Positions 1 through 7,964 of a stretch of 19,349 nt of DNA are shown one piece after another; position 1 is the stretch's first letter, and each line of letters opens with the position of its first letter. The position numbers were made by a program, and so were the translations under genes. The notes beneath the pieces are model-generated. The model searched no databases, had not been told where the DNA came from, and saw nothing but the letters and a program-made list of their open reading frames with translations. The stretch lies in the IMG/VR virus record IMGVR_UViG_2576861133_000001; one strand, written 5' to 3'. Source of the stretch: a virus (lineage: Duplodnaviria > Heunggongvirae > Uroviricota > Caudoviricetes).

Positions 1-144
1 CCTCACGAGGCGTGTGTGCCTTACCGCCACCTTTTCCCATACAGCCTTCCCCTGAATAAATTAACCGCCACTTGCCATTCCGTACAGAAGTCGGATATCC
101 TTCGCCCGAAAAGCATGAAACACATTTCTGCCATGCTAAAGAGA

Positions 145-174
145 AACCCCGGTATCAGCAGATACCGGGGTTTT
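145..174. terminator. Rho-independent terminator-like hairpin, possibly bidirectional; may end the minus-strand late operon about 210 nt after gene I
   Basis: Perfect 10-bp stem ccccggtatc (147-156) / gataccgggg (161-170) with a 4-nt loop, followed by tttt (171-174) on plus and flanked by an A/T-rich stretch on the other side. Confidence 0.5.
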
Positions 175-245
175 CTTTCATGCCCACCGATAATCCTGTT
201 GGTTAAAACCGGTAATGGCATAAAAATTCTGAATATCTTCACATT

Positions 246-273
246 TTCACAAACTGACTGTGGCGCGTATAAT
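246..273 (+). promoter_or_regulatory. Sigma70-like promoter candidate (TTCACA, 16-bp spacer, TATAAT)
   Basis: -35-like ttcaca at 246-251 and consensus -10 tataat at 268-273 with a 16-bp spacer; no ORF with a ribosome-binding site follows before the 339-379 terminator. Confidence 0.35.
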
Positions 274-338
274 TTCTCTGCGTTAATTTTTTTGTCGTGA
301 TATAAGAATAATTCCTTACACTTAATCTTCGTAACTCT

Positions 339-379
339 CCCGCAGTTCCTGTCCGCGATCACTGCGGGATTTTTTTATT
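339..379 (+). terminator. Plus-strand rho-independent terminator
   Basis: Stem cccgcagt (339-346) / actgcggg (361-368) followed by atttttttatt; on the minus strand the stem is not followed by a U-run, so it is plus-specific. Confidence 0.5.
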
Positions 380-383
380 CTTT

Positions 384-1316
384 TTACCCCTGCCGCCCGA
401 TAACCACGACCTTTCCGCCCCCGCCTTCATCACGGGTACTGATGTCCTGGGATATACGGCGGGAGCCAACCAGCATTTCCCCGTAAGGCACCGGCATCGG
501 GTTACCCTGGGCAATCATGTTATCCAGGGAGGAAAAGTACGTGTTCTGTTTACCGTTATCCGTGCTTTTGTACTCCGGTGTTTTTGCCTTCGGGGCCAGC
601 ATCTGGGCCACACCGCCCAGTATCATGCTGGCCCCCAGTGAAAACAGCATCGTGGTGGCAGAAAAACCGCCGGCACTCAGGGCTGTACCCCATAACGCCA
701 TCGAGGCACCGGCAGTGAAGAAAGAGCCCACGATGGCTGCCGCCCCCAGCACAATCTGCAGTCCACCCTTTCCGGCCCCGGCCAGTCGCGGCACAATATG
801 GATGACCGTTCCCTCACCCAGCTGTTCGTGAAGACGGGCGTACACCGCCTCCGGTGCCGTGTCATAACCGGCAATACGTATCTGGTACCAGCCTTCGTTC
901 ATCTGACGGCGAAAGCCCGGCACCTGTAACGACAGCGCCCGGATGGCTTCCGCTGCCGTACCGGCAGTGAAGAAAGAGCCCACGATGGCTGCCGCCCCCA
1001 GCACAATCTGCAGTCCACCCTTTCCGGCCCCGGCCAGTCGCGGCACAATATGGATGACCGTTCCCTCACCCAGCTGTTCGTGAAGACGGGCGTACACCGC
1101 CTCCGGTGCCGTGTCATAACCGGCAATACGTATCTGGTACCAGCCTTCGTTCATCTGACGGCGAAAGCCCGGCACCTGTAACGACAGCGCCCGGATGGCT
1201 TCCGCTGCCGTGTTCACATACAGGCTGAGGCGGCGGCCAAATCGTTGTAAATCCCCGTGAAGGCAGATGCGTGCCAGTGGCGGTGACGCCAGACAGAATG
1301 CGTTCGTCGTTGCCAT
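384..1316 (-). CDS. I: Lambda-type tail tip assembly protein I, carrying an internal 84-aa tandem duplication
   Basis: 310-aa ORF with ATG at 1316; recalled lambda gpI-like segments (HGDLQRFGRRLSLYVNTAAEAIRALSLQ, KQNTYFSSLDNM); sits last in the M-L-K-I order; the first 34 codons overlap the K 3' end. Confidence 0.8.
   Translation of the reverse strand: MATTNAFCLASPPLARICLHGDLQRFGRRLSLYVNTAAEAIRALSLQVPGFRRQMNEGWYQIRIAGYDTAPEAVYARLHEQLGEGTVIHIVPRLAGAGKGGLQIVLGAAAIVGSFFTAGTAAEAIRALSLQVPGFRRQMNEGWYQIRIAGYDTAPEAVYARLHEQLGEGTVIHIVPRLAGAGKGGLQIVLGAAAIVGSFFTAGASMALWGTALSAGGFSATTMLFSLGASMILGGVAQMLAPKAKTPEYKSTDNGKQNTYFSSLDNMIAQGNPMPVPYGEMLVGSRRISQDISTRDEGGGGKVVVIGRQG
708..1211. repeat. Perfect direct tandem duplication, 2 x 252 bp, inside gene I
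   Basis: 708-959 is identical to 960-1211 base for base by manual comparison; the protein segment TAAEAIRALSLQ...GSFFTAG occurs twice. Confidence 0.95.
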
Positions 1317-1957
1317 TTTTCGGAATACCTCTCCCGTTTACTCAGTTGTTCAGGCAGATGGTGAAGCAGCTCACCGTTGCCGCAGTAAATGGCGGCATGG
1401 TTCGGTACCGAAGCACCAAAGCAGCACAGCAGAATATCGCCCGCCTGTGCAGAGGACAGGGGCACCCGGTAAAAGCCGGTGACCGCCATATTGTCCAGGT
1501 AAAGGTTCTGACCGTTGCGCCACCAGTCATCCTCGCGATGAAAATCCGGCATTTCAGTCCCCGCCAGATGATAAGCATCCCGGAACAGCGTGTAACAGTC
1601 CGTCACCCCGTGCTCAAAGCGCCGTCCTGTCAGATGTGGCACACAGCGGAATTTGTGAATGTCACCCCGGCAGACCAGCCACCAGGGCAGTGCGCTTTTT
1701 ATCTGCAGCCGCCGGTCAGCCTCGCTCAGCCAGGGCAGCCCACCGGGATGACTGTGGACCAGTGCCACAATCTCCCCCTGCATCTCTGCCCGCAGCCAGT
1801 CTTCCGGTGCGATACGAAAATACGCCTCCGGCTCTGCAGAAATATTCACACAAGGGATATACCACTCCCCCTCCGGCGTGCTTATCACGAAGCCGCACGA
1901 CTCCGCAGGCGCACACCGCCGGGCATGCGCCAGAATCGCTGATTCAGTCTGTGTCAT
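1214..1957 (-). CDS. K: Lambda-type tail assembly protein K (JAMM/MPN-like HSHPGG motif plus NlpC/P60-like Cys/His)
   Basis: Start set at the internal ATG 1957 (MTQTESAILAHARRC...), matching the recalled lambda K N-terminus; the ORF-track upstream extension overlaps L and is rejected; HSHPGG and DCYTL...PNHAAIY motifs are present. Confidence 0.8.
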   Translation of the reverse strand: MTQTESAILAHARRCAPAESCGFVISTPEGEWYIPCVNISAEPEAYFRIAPEDWLRAEMQGEIVALVHSHPGGLPWLSEADRRLQIKSALPWWLVCRGDIHKFRCVPHLTGRRFEHGVTDCYTLFRDAYHLAGTEMPDFHREDDWWRNGQNLYLDNMAVTGFYRVPLSSAQAGDILLCCFGASVPNHAAIYCGNGELLHHLPEQLSKRERYSEKWQRRTHSVWRHRHWHASAFTGIYNDLAAASACM

Positions 1958-1967
1958 AAACCGGGAT

Positions 1968-2918
1968 TTACTGCGAAAGTTTATTAATGGAAAGGAAACC
2001 GCCAAAATTGCCGACATTCCTGCGCAGTTCACACCCGCGCATGCACTTGCTGCATCTGTCCTTACGGATATCCGTGGTGGGGTTGTCGAACTCATCCGCC
2101 ACCGCAGGACCGTTATACCCGCATTCATCTCCCCGGTAATCCCACATACAGGTGTTCGCCAGCATGATGCGACCGGGAAACAGCGCCCCGTCCGTCTCGG
2201 TCGGTGTAGCCAGCACAAACGAGGCCGTCATGGCTGTCAGCTGCGACATCTGCTCCACCACCCAGCGGTCACTCAGCTCCTGCTCCGGGTCCGCCTCCGG
2301 ATTGCCCGCAACGAAATTCACCGCATCCAGAAAACGGGCATACACCCGGCGGCGGACCACCGTGGCCCCCACCAGACTCTGCAGGTCTTCCGCCATCCCG
2401 GTGACCAGACCGAACAGATTGGACACCGTCAGCGACGGTCTGGCACTGCTGCCCAGTGTAGCCAGCACAAACGAGGCCGTCATGGCTGTCAGCTGCGACA
2501 TCTGCTCCACCACCCAGCGGTCACTCAGCTCCTGCTCCGGGTCCGCCTCCGGATTGCCCGCAACGAAATTCACCGCATCCAGAAAACGGGCATACACCCG
2601 GCGGCGGACCACCGTGGCCCCCACCAGACTCTGCAGGTCTTCCGCCATCCCGGTGACCAGACCGAACAGATTGGACACCGTCAGCGACGGTCTGGCACTG
2701 CTGCCCTTCCCGCTCATCTCAAAACCGCTGCCGTCAATCGGGTATGCCTGATATTGCCGCCCCTGCCAGGTGACCGGCTCCCCTTTTTCATTCAGCTCAT
2801 TACAGAAAAAATACCGCTCACCGCCCTGTACCGTCAGGTCGATTTCCCAGAGTACCACCCGCGGTGACTGCTCTGACTTAACCGACTCGTTCAGACTTTC
2901 TTCGCGAATATCCTGCAT
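1968..2918 (-). CDS. L: Lambda-type minor tail protein L, carrying an internal 84-aa tandem duplication
   Basis: 316-aa ORF; N-terminus MQDIREESLNE and C-terminus NVGNFGGFLSINKLSQ match recalled lambda gpL; its ATG (2916-2918) overlaps the M stop as ATGA. Confidence 0.85.
   Translation of the reverse strand: MQDIREESLNESVKSEQSPRVVLWEIDLTVQGGERYFFCNELNEKGEPVTWQGRQYQAYPIDGSGFEMSGKGSSARPSLTVSNLFGLVTGMAEDLQSLVGATVVRRRVYARFLDAVNFVAGNPEADPEQELSDRWVVEQMSQLTAMTASFVLATLGSSARPSLTVSNLFGLVTGMAEDLQSLVGATVVRRRVYARFLDAVNFVAGNPEADPEQELSDRWVVEQMSQLTAMTASFVLATPTETDGALFPGRIMLANTCMWDYRGDECGYNGPAVADEFDNPTTDIRKDRCSKCMRGCELRRNVGNFGGFLSINKLSQ
2204..2707. repeat. Direct tandem duplication with a 252-bp period inside gene L
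   Basis: 2204-2454 is identical to 2456-2706 (251/251), with a single junction base at 2455; the protein segment GSSARPSLTVSNL...ASFVLAT occurs twice. Confidence 0.95.
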
Positions 2919-3259
2919 CAGTTCACCACCTGCTCAATCGTACAACTGAAATCACTGTGCCTGGCGTTATCTGTGACGCTCCACTCCCGGCACACCACCC
3001 TCACCGTCAGGTTATGTTTCGGCGGTCGCCACAAAAAGGCACGGTAACCACCATGCCACGATAAAAATTCATCCAGCCAGCGCCGGGTTGGTTCATCCGT
3101 CACCCGGAACACCGCCTGAAACGTCTTCAGTCTGGCATTAAGTCCCGTCGGTCGGCGCTGTTCATAACCGTCACCAAACCGAACCCTCACCACCGACGGT
3201 TTCTCACTCACCTGCATCCCTTCACGCGGGACCAGATGCAGCGTTTTTATCTCAGCCAC
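2918..3259 (-). CDS. M: Lambda-type minor tail protein M
   Basis: 113 aa with a GTG start at 3259; PSVVRVRFGDGY and C-terminal EQVVN match recalled lambda gpM; the start overlaps the tape-measure stop. Confidence 0.8.
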   Translation of the reverse strand: MAEIKTLHLVPREGMQVSEKPSVVRVRFGDGYEQRRPTGLNARLKTFQAVFRVTDEPTRRWLDEFLSWHGGYRAFLWRPPKHNLTVRVVCREWSVTDNARHSDFSCTIEQVVN

Positions 3260-6200
3260 TCAGCATTCCTCCGTCACGTCGCATGGACAGCATCACCGCC
3301 TGCACCCGCTGGTCAATCAGCTGCACAAGACTGCCTGCCGCCTCCGCCCCTATCTGTCCGTTAGCCCCGTCATTCTGAATGGCGATGTGGTAGACCGGGG
3401 AATACACCAGACCGGCACTGCCGTTCATACTGCCCACCGCGCGTACGCCCAGCGAGCCATCCGCCGCCCGGGTCAGGGGCATAATGGCTTCAGGTCCGGC
3501 TTCCCCCATCAGCCCGGCCCCTTTTGCAAACGCAAAGTACGTGGGCGTGTCCACAATGCTGTTGCTGTACGCACTCAGGTTTGCCGAGGTATACACGCCG
3601 CCTTTTGCATTGGCCACCGCACCGCCCAGCCAGTCACCAATGCTGCCAATAAATCCTCCCGCACCGGACATACCGTTTGCCGCCGTCTTAATTCCGTTGA
3701 CAATCGCAGCATTCATAAGAACTTTTGAGATTTCCTGCAGTACGGATGAGGCCCAGTTGCGCCATTCCACTTTGTTTCCGTTCAGCATCTCCGTGATGTT
3801 ATTCACCATCCCTGAGATACCCTCCGTCGCAAGCTGTGCTGCCTGTGAGGCGTAATCGGATGCATTGTCCACCCAGTTACTGAGCCCCTCCTGCAAGCCT
3901 TTCTGCCAGTCCGCACGCTGCGCATCCGATTCGGCATAAAAGGCTGCCTGGTCCTTAAGGCGTTCGCTCAGATACTGCGCGTTCTGTGCCCGTGCCTGTC
4001 TGTAAAAATCCTCACTGATATCCCCGGTCTGATACTGAGACTGAAGGTCCGCATCCTTCTGGCGGAAGCTGTCACGGATCTGCTGCAACTCCCGCATGCG
4101 TTCCCTGGCTCGTTCTCCCTGCCCGTATCCCAGCAGTTCGGCTTCATTTGATGCACGCGCAGCCACATTATCATTCTTCAGGGTCTCTTCCCGGGATCGC
4201 AACTGTTCCCGGATTTTTTGCTGGTCAATCAGGGCCGCGTTACGCAGCAGTTCCTGCTTCTGCATCTCCGTCAGGGTTTTCAGTTCGCCCTGCGCAGTCT
4301 GGTACTTCAGCTTCGCCAGCTCTGTATTCTGACCCGCCAGTGCCAGTTGCTCTTTCTGCTGCTTCAGTAGCCGGGAAAAACTGTCTTCCGCTTTTTCCGT
4401 CTCTGATTTTCCACCCCGGGATTTAGGTTTGTTCGCCTCGTTATTACGCCAGGCTTCCAGAGCATTACTGATATAACGCTGTCTCGCCTCCTGATACGAA
4501 TCCCCCACAAAACCAAGGTCATCCGCCGCATACCCCAGCCGGGCACGCTCTTTTTCCTCCCCCTTCAGTCGGGACAGGGCCAGCTCACGTTCTGTTTTTG
4601 TCAGGGCGCTCTGCTGTTTATCATCCAGGGTGGCCTGCGGCAGCCGTAACGGTACATTCACCAGTCCCTGACGCTGCTGAAGCAGTTCATTCCCCAGCCC
4701 CAGCAGACGGTTGAATTCCGTATGCTGACCGTTCATAACCAGCATGGACTGGTACACCTTATTCTGCTCTGCCGCCTGCTGACGAATTAACGCCACACGA
4801 CGGTCTTCCAGCCCGGCAAGCACATCCTGAATGGACTGCGCTTTTTCCTGCATCTGTGCCAGACGGGACTGCTCAACGGCAAGCTGCTCTGTTGCCTGAG
4901 AAAGCCCTTCCGTCACGGTCTTCACCGATGTCAGATGGTTTATCATGAATCCGTCACCGGTTGTCCAGCCAGGGTTAGCCAGAACATACTGATATCCAGC
5001 GATTTTTTCCTGCAGGGATTTCACCCGGCTGGCCTGTTCATCAATCAGCCGGTTCTGCTCTGCCAGCGCCGCCCGTGTTCGTCCTTCATTATCTGAGGCT
5101 TCAGGCAAAGACATTGACGGCGTTTTATGCGCGATTTCATCTATCGTCAGTGCATACTGGCGCGCTGACTCCCTGGCCTGCTCCTGATTCTGGTACAGCG
5201 TATACCATGCTGCTGCCCCCAGCATCACCAGTCCGGGTACGCCACCAACCAGTCCCAACGCACCAGTCATCAGACGTGAGCCCACCGCCGTTGTACTGTT
5301 CAGCTCATTCTGGGCTGCGGTTCTGGCAGCAATATTTCTGTTCAGGCGTTCCTGTGTGGCCGCCAGACGGGCTTCTGCAGCAATCTGCATCTCCGTCCCG
5401 CGGGCTGCCGCCACAGCCTGCTGTGCACGGTACACGGCTGCCCTTGCCCGCGCCGTGGCAATCTGCGTCCCCCTGAGCTGTGCTTCCGCCAGTGCCACTT
5501 CATTACGTGCTGCCGTCACAAGTCCTGCCGTGGCAGACACCGCTCCGGAGGCCATATTGCCAAAGTACCGGGCAACCCCGACGGCAACCAGCGCCCCCGC
5601 GGCTGTTGCCACATTATCAATATTACCGGCAACACCGTTCAGCACGCCGGAGAGCGTTTTCGTCGCTCCGCTGGCTTCATTCGCGCCACCCACCCAGGCC
5701 ATAAAGGCGTTTTCCACCTTTGTGATCCCGTCAGAGACCGTTTCCGGCATGGCGGCATATTCATCACGCAATACCCCCAGCTGGCTGATTAACGCAGGAA
5801 CGACTTTATCCGCCGTCAGTTTGCCGTCGTCCGCCATCGCCTTAAGGTCTTTACGGGCCACGCCCATACCCGCAGCCAGTGCACGTACGATCCGGTCTCC
5901 GCTTTCATTGACCGAATTAAATTCCTCACCGCGTAACACACCCTGTGCCAGCGCCTGGCTGAACTGGGTGATCACCGAGCCCGCCTCTGCCGTACTGGCA
6001 CCGGAGATTTTCAGCCCCGTGGAAATGGCCTCCGTCACCTTCAGCACATCATCAGCACTGTAACCATATTCACGCATTGAGGCTGCCGAGCGGGCAAACA
6101 GGGCCGCATTATCTGAAAATGCCGTGCCCGTCCGCTGGCTGATATCCATCAGCACTTTCTGTGATGACGAAAATTCATCGGATGACTGCGACGCCTGTTT

Positions 6201-6494
6201 CAGTCGGGCATTCACGGAACTCCATTCATCGGCCAGAGAAATCAGGTGTCCGGTGGCAAAGGCACCTGCAAATGCCCCCGCCGTTCCGGCAGCTGAAGCG
6301 CGGATTTCCGTCAACTGGCTGTTCAGCTCAGCCAGGGCGCGTCGCTGCACCCGGGCGACTGCGGCAGCCTGACGCCCGCCATTCTGCAGGGTCCGGTAAT
6401 ATTCACTGCCCATGCGGGAAGCCCGCTGGATCTCCGACTGGAATGACTGCGAATTTGCCGAAATTTTGATAATCAGTTCACGTAACGTCGCCAT
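3252..6494 (-). CDS. Tail tape measure protein (lambda H analogue)
   Basis: 1080-aa ORF between the GT chaperone and M; Ala/Gln-rich coiled-coil-like sequence with Gly-rich hydrophobic segments; ATG at 6494 preceded by ggagaaagg. Confidence 0.85.
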   Translation of the reverse strand: MATLRELIIKISANSQSFQSEIQRASRMGSEYYRTLQNGGRQAAAVARVQRRALAELNSQLTEIRASAAGTAGAFAGAFATGHLISLADEWSSVNARLKQASQSSDEFSSSQKVLMDISQRTGTAFSDNAALFARSAASMREYGYSADDVLKVTEAISTGLKISGASTAEAGSVITQFSQALAQGVLRGEEFNSVNESGDRIVRALAAGMGVARKDLKAMADDGKLTADKVVPALISQLGVLRDEYAAMPETVSDGITKVENAFMAWVGGANEASGATKTLSGVLNGVAGNIDNVATAAGALVAVGVARYFGNMASGAVSATAGLVTAARNEVALAEAQLRGTQIATARARAAVYRAQQAVAAARGTEMQIAAEARLAATQERLNRNIAARTAAQNELNSTTAVGSRLMTGALGLVGGVPGLVMLGAAAWYTLYQNQEQARESARQYALTIDEIAHKTPSMSLPEASDNEGRTRAALAEQNRLIDEQASRVKSLQEKIAGYQYVLANPGWTTGDGFMINHLTSVKTVTEGLSQATEQLAVEQSRLAQMQEKAQSIQDVLAGLEDRRVALIRQQAAEQNKVYQSMLVMNGQHTEFNRLLGLGNELLQQRQGLVNVPLRLPQATLDDKQQSALTKTERELALSRLKGEEKERARLGYAADDLGFVGDSYQEARQRYISNALEAWRNNEANKPKSRGGKSETEKAEDSFSRLLKQQKEQLALAGQNTELAKLKYQTAQGELKTLTEMQKQELLRNAALIDQQKIREQLRSREETLKNDNVAARASNEAELLGYGQGERARERMRELQQIRDSFRQKDADLQSQYQTGDISEDFYRQARAQNAQYLSERLKDQAAFYAESDAQRADWQKGLQEGLSNWVDNASDYASQAAQLATEGISGMVNNITEMLNGNKVEWRNWASSVLQEISKVLMNAAIVNGIKTAANGMSGAGGFIGSIGDWLGGAVANAKGGVYTSANLSAYSNSIVDTPTYFAFAKGAGLMGEAGPEAIMPLTRAADGSLGVRAVGSMNGSAGLVYSPVYHIAIQNDGANGQIGAEAAGSLVQLIDQRVQAVMLSMRRDGGMLSG

Positions 6495-6510
6495 TCACCT
6501 TTCTCCGGGC

Positions 6511-6533
6511 GTAAAAAAACCGCCTCAGCGGTT
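6511..6533 (-). terminator. Intra-operon hairpin with U-tract (attenuator-like) between T and the tape-measure gene
   Basis: Minus-strand stem aaccgc/gcggtt (6518-6523 / 6528-6533), 4-nt loop, followed on the minus strand by a run of six T; shares the motif AAAAAAACCGCC-N4-CGGTTC with the element at 14233-14258. Confidence 0.35.
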
Positions 6534-6541
6534 CTCATCAT

Positions 6542-6850
6542 TCATGACTGTGCTGCGAAGCTCAGCGCGTCTTCCAGCGCCGCAAACGGATCCACCTCCG
6601 GCTTATCCTCATCCTCGCCCCAGCAGAGCATGGCGTCCTTCAGTGCAACATTCATCCCCTGTGCCCCAAAAACCGCTTTCACGATCTGTGCATTACGGAT
6701 ATCCCCGCGCTCATCACCCAGCGGGGATACCCTGTCGAACTCCATCCACATCATCGCCTCGCTCACACTCAGGCTGTGCCGCAGTTCGGATAAGGTGCGC
6801 CCCAGACGGAGCGCAAGTCGCATCAGAAAGCGAATTTCCGGGCGGGCTAC
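6542..6850 (-). CDS. T-frame segment of the tail assembly chaperone GT fusion, reached by a -1 frameshift from G
   Basis: The ORF in the -1 frame relative to G is open from the slippery site to the stop at 6542; it encodes LRLGRTLSELR..., which resembles the T domain of lambda-type GT. Confidence 0.6.
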   Translation of the reverse strand, partial: VARPEIRFLMRLALRLGRTLSELRHSLSVSEAMMWMEFDRVSPLGDERGDIRNAQIVKAVFGAQGMNVALKDAMLCWGEDEDKPEVDPFAALEDALSFAAQS

Positions 6851-7221
6851 TTTTTTCTGGCCGACTCTGCATCAGCGATCAGTTCCAGTGCCTGACGCAG
6901 CAACCGGGCATGTACCGGACCATAGACGGCCAGCACCTGCTCACGGTCGTCCGGAGCGAACACCCGCTGCAGATCCGTATCACACAGGACATCGCAGAAC
7001 AGCGTCACATCCGCTTCTAGGTTACGGCGGGTTTTCGCCACCACCGACAGGGTATCGTCATCCTCTCCATCACCATTGAGCACTTCCTGCCACAGATACC
7101 AGGCCTCTGCCGAAGGCTCCCGCAGCACCACGCTGACATTACCCCATTCCGGCACCTTCACCGTTTTATGACGAAACCCTGACAGTCTGGCCAGCGCCAG
7201 CGTTTTCAGATCCTTTTTCAT
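6847..7221 (-). CDS. Tail assembly chaperone G
   Basis: Sits between the major tail and tape-measure genes; ends ...ESARKK immediately after the slippery heptamer; start chosen at ATG 7221 (MKKDLKT), though ATG 7269 is an alternative that would overlap the major tail gene. Confidence 0.65.
   Translation of the reverse strand: MKKDLKTLALARLSGFRHKTVKVPEWGNVSVVLREPSAEAWYLWQEVLNGDGEDDDTLSVVAKTRRNLEADVTLFCDVLCDTDLQRVFAPDDREQVLAVYGPVHARLLRQALELIADAESARKK
6850..6856 (-). promoter_or_regulatory. Programmed -1 ribosomal frameshift slippery heptamer A AAA AAG (G to GT)
   Basis: Minus-strand reading gcc aga aaa aag tag; heptamer A_AAA_AAG lies in the G zero frame two codons before the G stop; the -1 frame continues open into T. 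Confidence 0.6.
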
Positions 7222-7235
7222 GATGACCCATCCCC

Positions 7236-7952
7236 TTATCCGGCGGCTGCGCTCACTGTCACGGTGCATTCAACAGACGTCACACTCTGTGCTTTCTCTG
7301 CCGAATCGGTCACCACGCAGGTATATTTCCCCGCATCAGCGGACTGCGCACCTGGCTTACTGAAGGTGTCTGTCGTCTGCCCGTCAACCGGCTGACCATC
7401 CTTCTTCCAGGCGTATTTATACGGCGGCGTTCCCCCGTTGGCACTGACTGACATTGTCAGCAGCGCACCTGTATTCACGGTAAGTGTTTTATCCAGATTT
7501 TTCACAAACGCCAGCGGTACCACAAAGGACACCGGTTTGCCTTTCATACGCAGTGAAAACGTTGCTGCCACCACGCCGTTGGTACCGGATGACCAGGTGT
7601 GCTGACGCACTTCCGCCAGGAACTTAAAGCCCTTACCGGACGGAAACAGCACCTTAAACGCATACAACGCGTCATTGTCATAGGCATCACGCAGGGCGTT
7701 CTGGGCCTGATTCAGATAAAAATTACCCGACATGGAAATCTCAGACGACGCCCCCAGACCGTTGATGTTCTCCTGCTCGGTGGAGCAGAGCGTGGTCACA
7801 TCAATATCCTGTTTCTGACCAGCGGTGAACTGGACTTCCTTGATGGTGCAGTCCAGGCGCAGATATTCCGCCTTATCCATAGTTTCAGCAGTCGCCGGGG
7901 CAGATGAAATCATCACCTGCGTCAGCTGTGAGCGTTCATACAAAGCAGACAT
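7236..7952 (-). CDS. Major tail protein with a C-terminal Ig-like domain
   Basis: 238 aa; strong AGGAGG ribosome-binding site upstream of ATG 7952; its position before G/GT; C-terminal segment KYAWKKDGQPV...GKYTCVVTD resembles a bacterial Ig-like fold. Confidence 0.8.
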   Translation of the reverse strand: MSALYERSQLTQVMISSAPATAETMDKAEYLRLDCTIKEVQFTAGQKQDIDVTTLCSTEQENINGLGASSEISMSGNFYLNQAQNALRDAYDNDALYAFKVLFPSGKGFKFLAEVRQHTWSSGTNGVVAATFSLRMKGKPVSFVVPLAFVKNLDKTLTVNTGALLTMSVSANGGTPPYKYAWKKDGQPVDGQTTDTFSKPGAQSADAGKYTCVVTDSAEKAQSVTSVECTVTVSAAAG

Positions 7953-7964
7953 TCTGCCTCCTGA

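Noticed and set aside
16-362. ORFs 16-300 (+) and 21-362 (-) at the left end
   Set aside because: Both run straight through strong terminator hairpins and the promoter element, lack ribosome-binding sites, and have implausible low-complexity sequence; the region is treated as non-coding.
677-1126. Two small minus-strand ORFs (677-874, 899-1126) with identical N-termini
   Set aside because: They are out-of-frame shadow ORFs inside gene I, duplicated only because the underlying DNA is duplicated.
1958-2218. ORF-track 5' extension of the K ORF (334-aa version starting at 2218)
   Set aside because: It overlaps the L coding region by about 250 nt in another frame; the internal ATG at 1957 gives the MTQTES N-terminus expected for lambda-type K, so the extension is a read-through artefact.
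1878-2867. 329-aa plus-strand ORF with internally repeated sequence
   Set aside because: It is antisense to gene L; its repeats are simply the mirror of the 252-bp duplication; it has no ribosome-binding site or family resemblance and is a shadow ORF in GC-rich DNA.
3387-6469. Multiple plus-strand ORFs of 60-235 aa inside the tape-measure region (for example 5356-6063)
   Set aside because: They are all antisense to a well-supported 1080-aa gene with Ala/Ser/Pro-rich shadow-frame composition and no independent support.
7222-7269. Longer G chaperone start at ATG 7269
   Set aside because: It would overlap the major tail gene 3' end by 33 nt and add an Arg-rich leader; ATG 7221 gives a typical N-terminus, but the alternative cannot be excluded from sequence alone.
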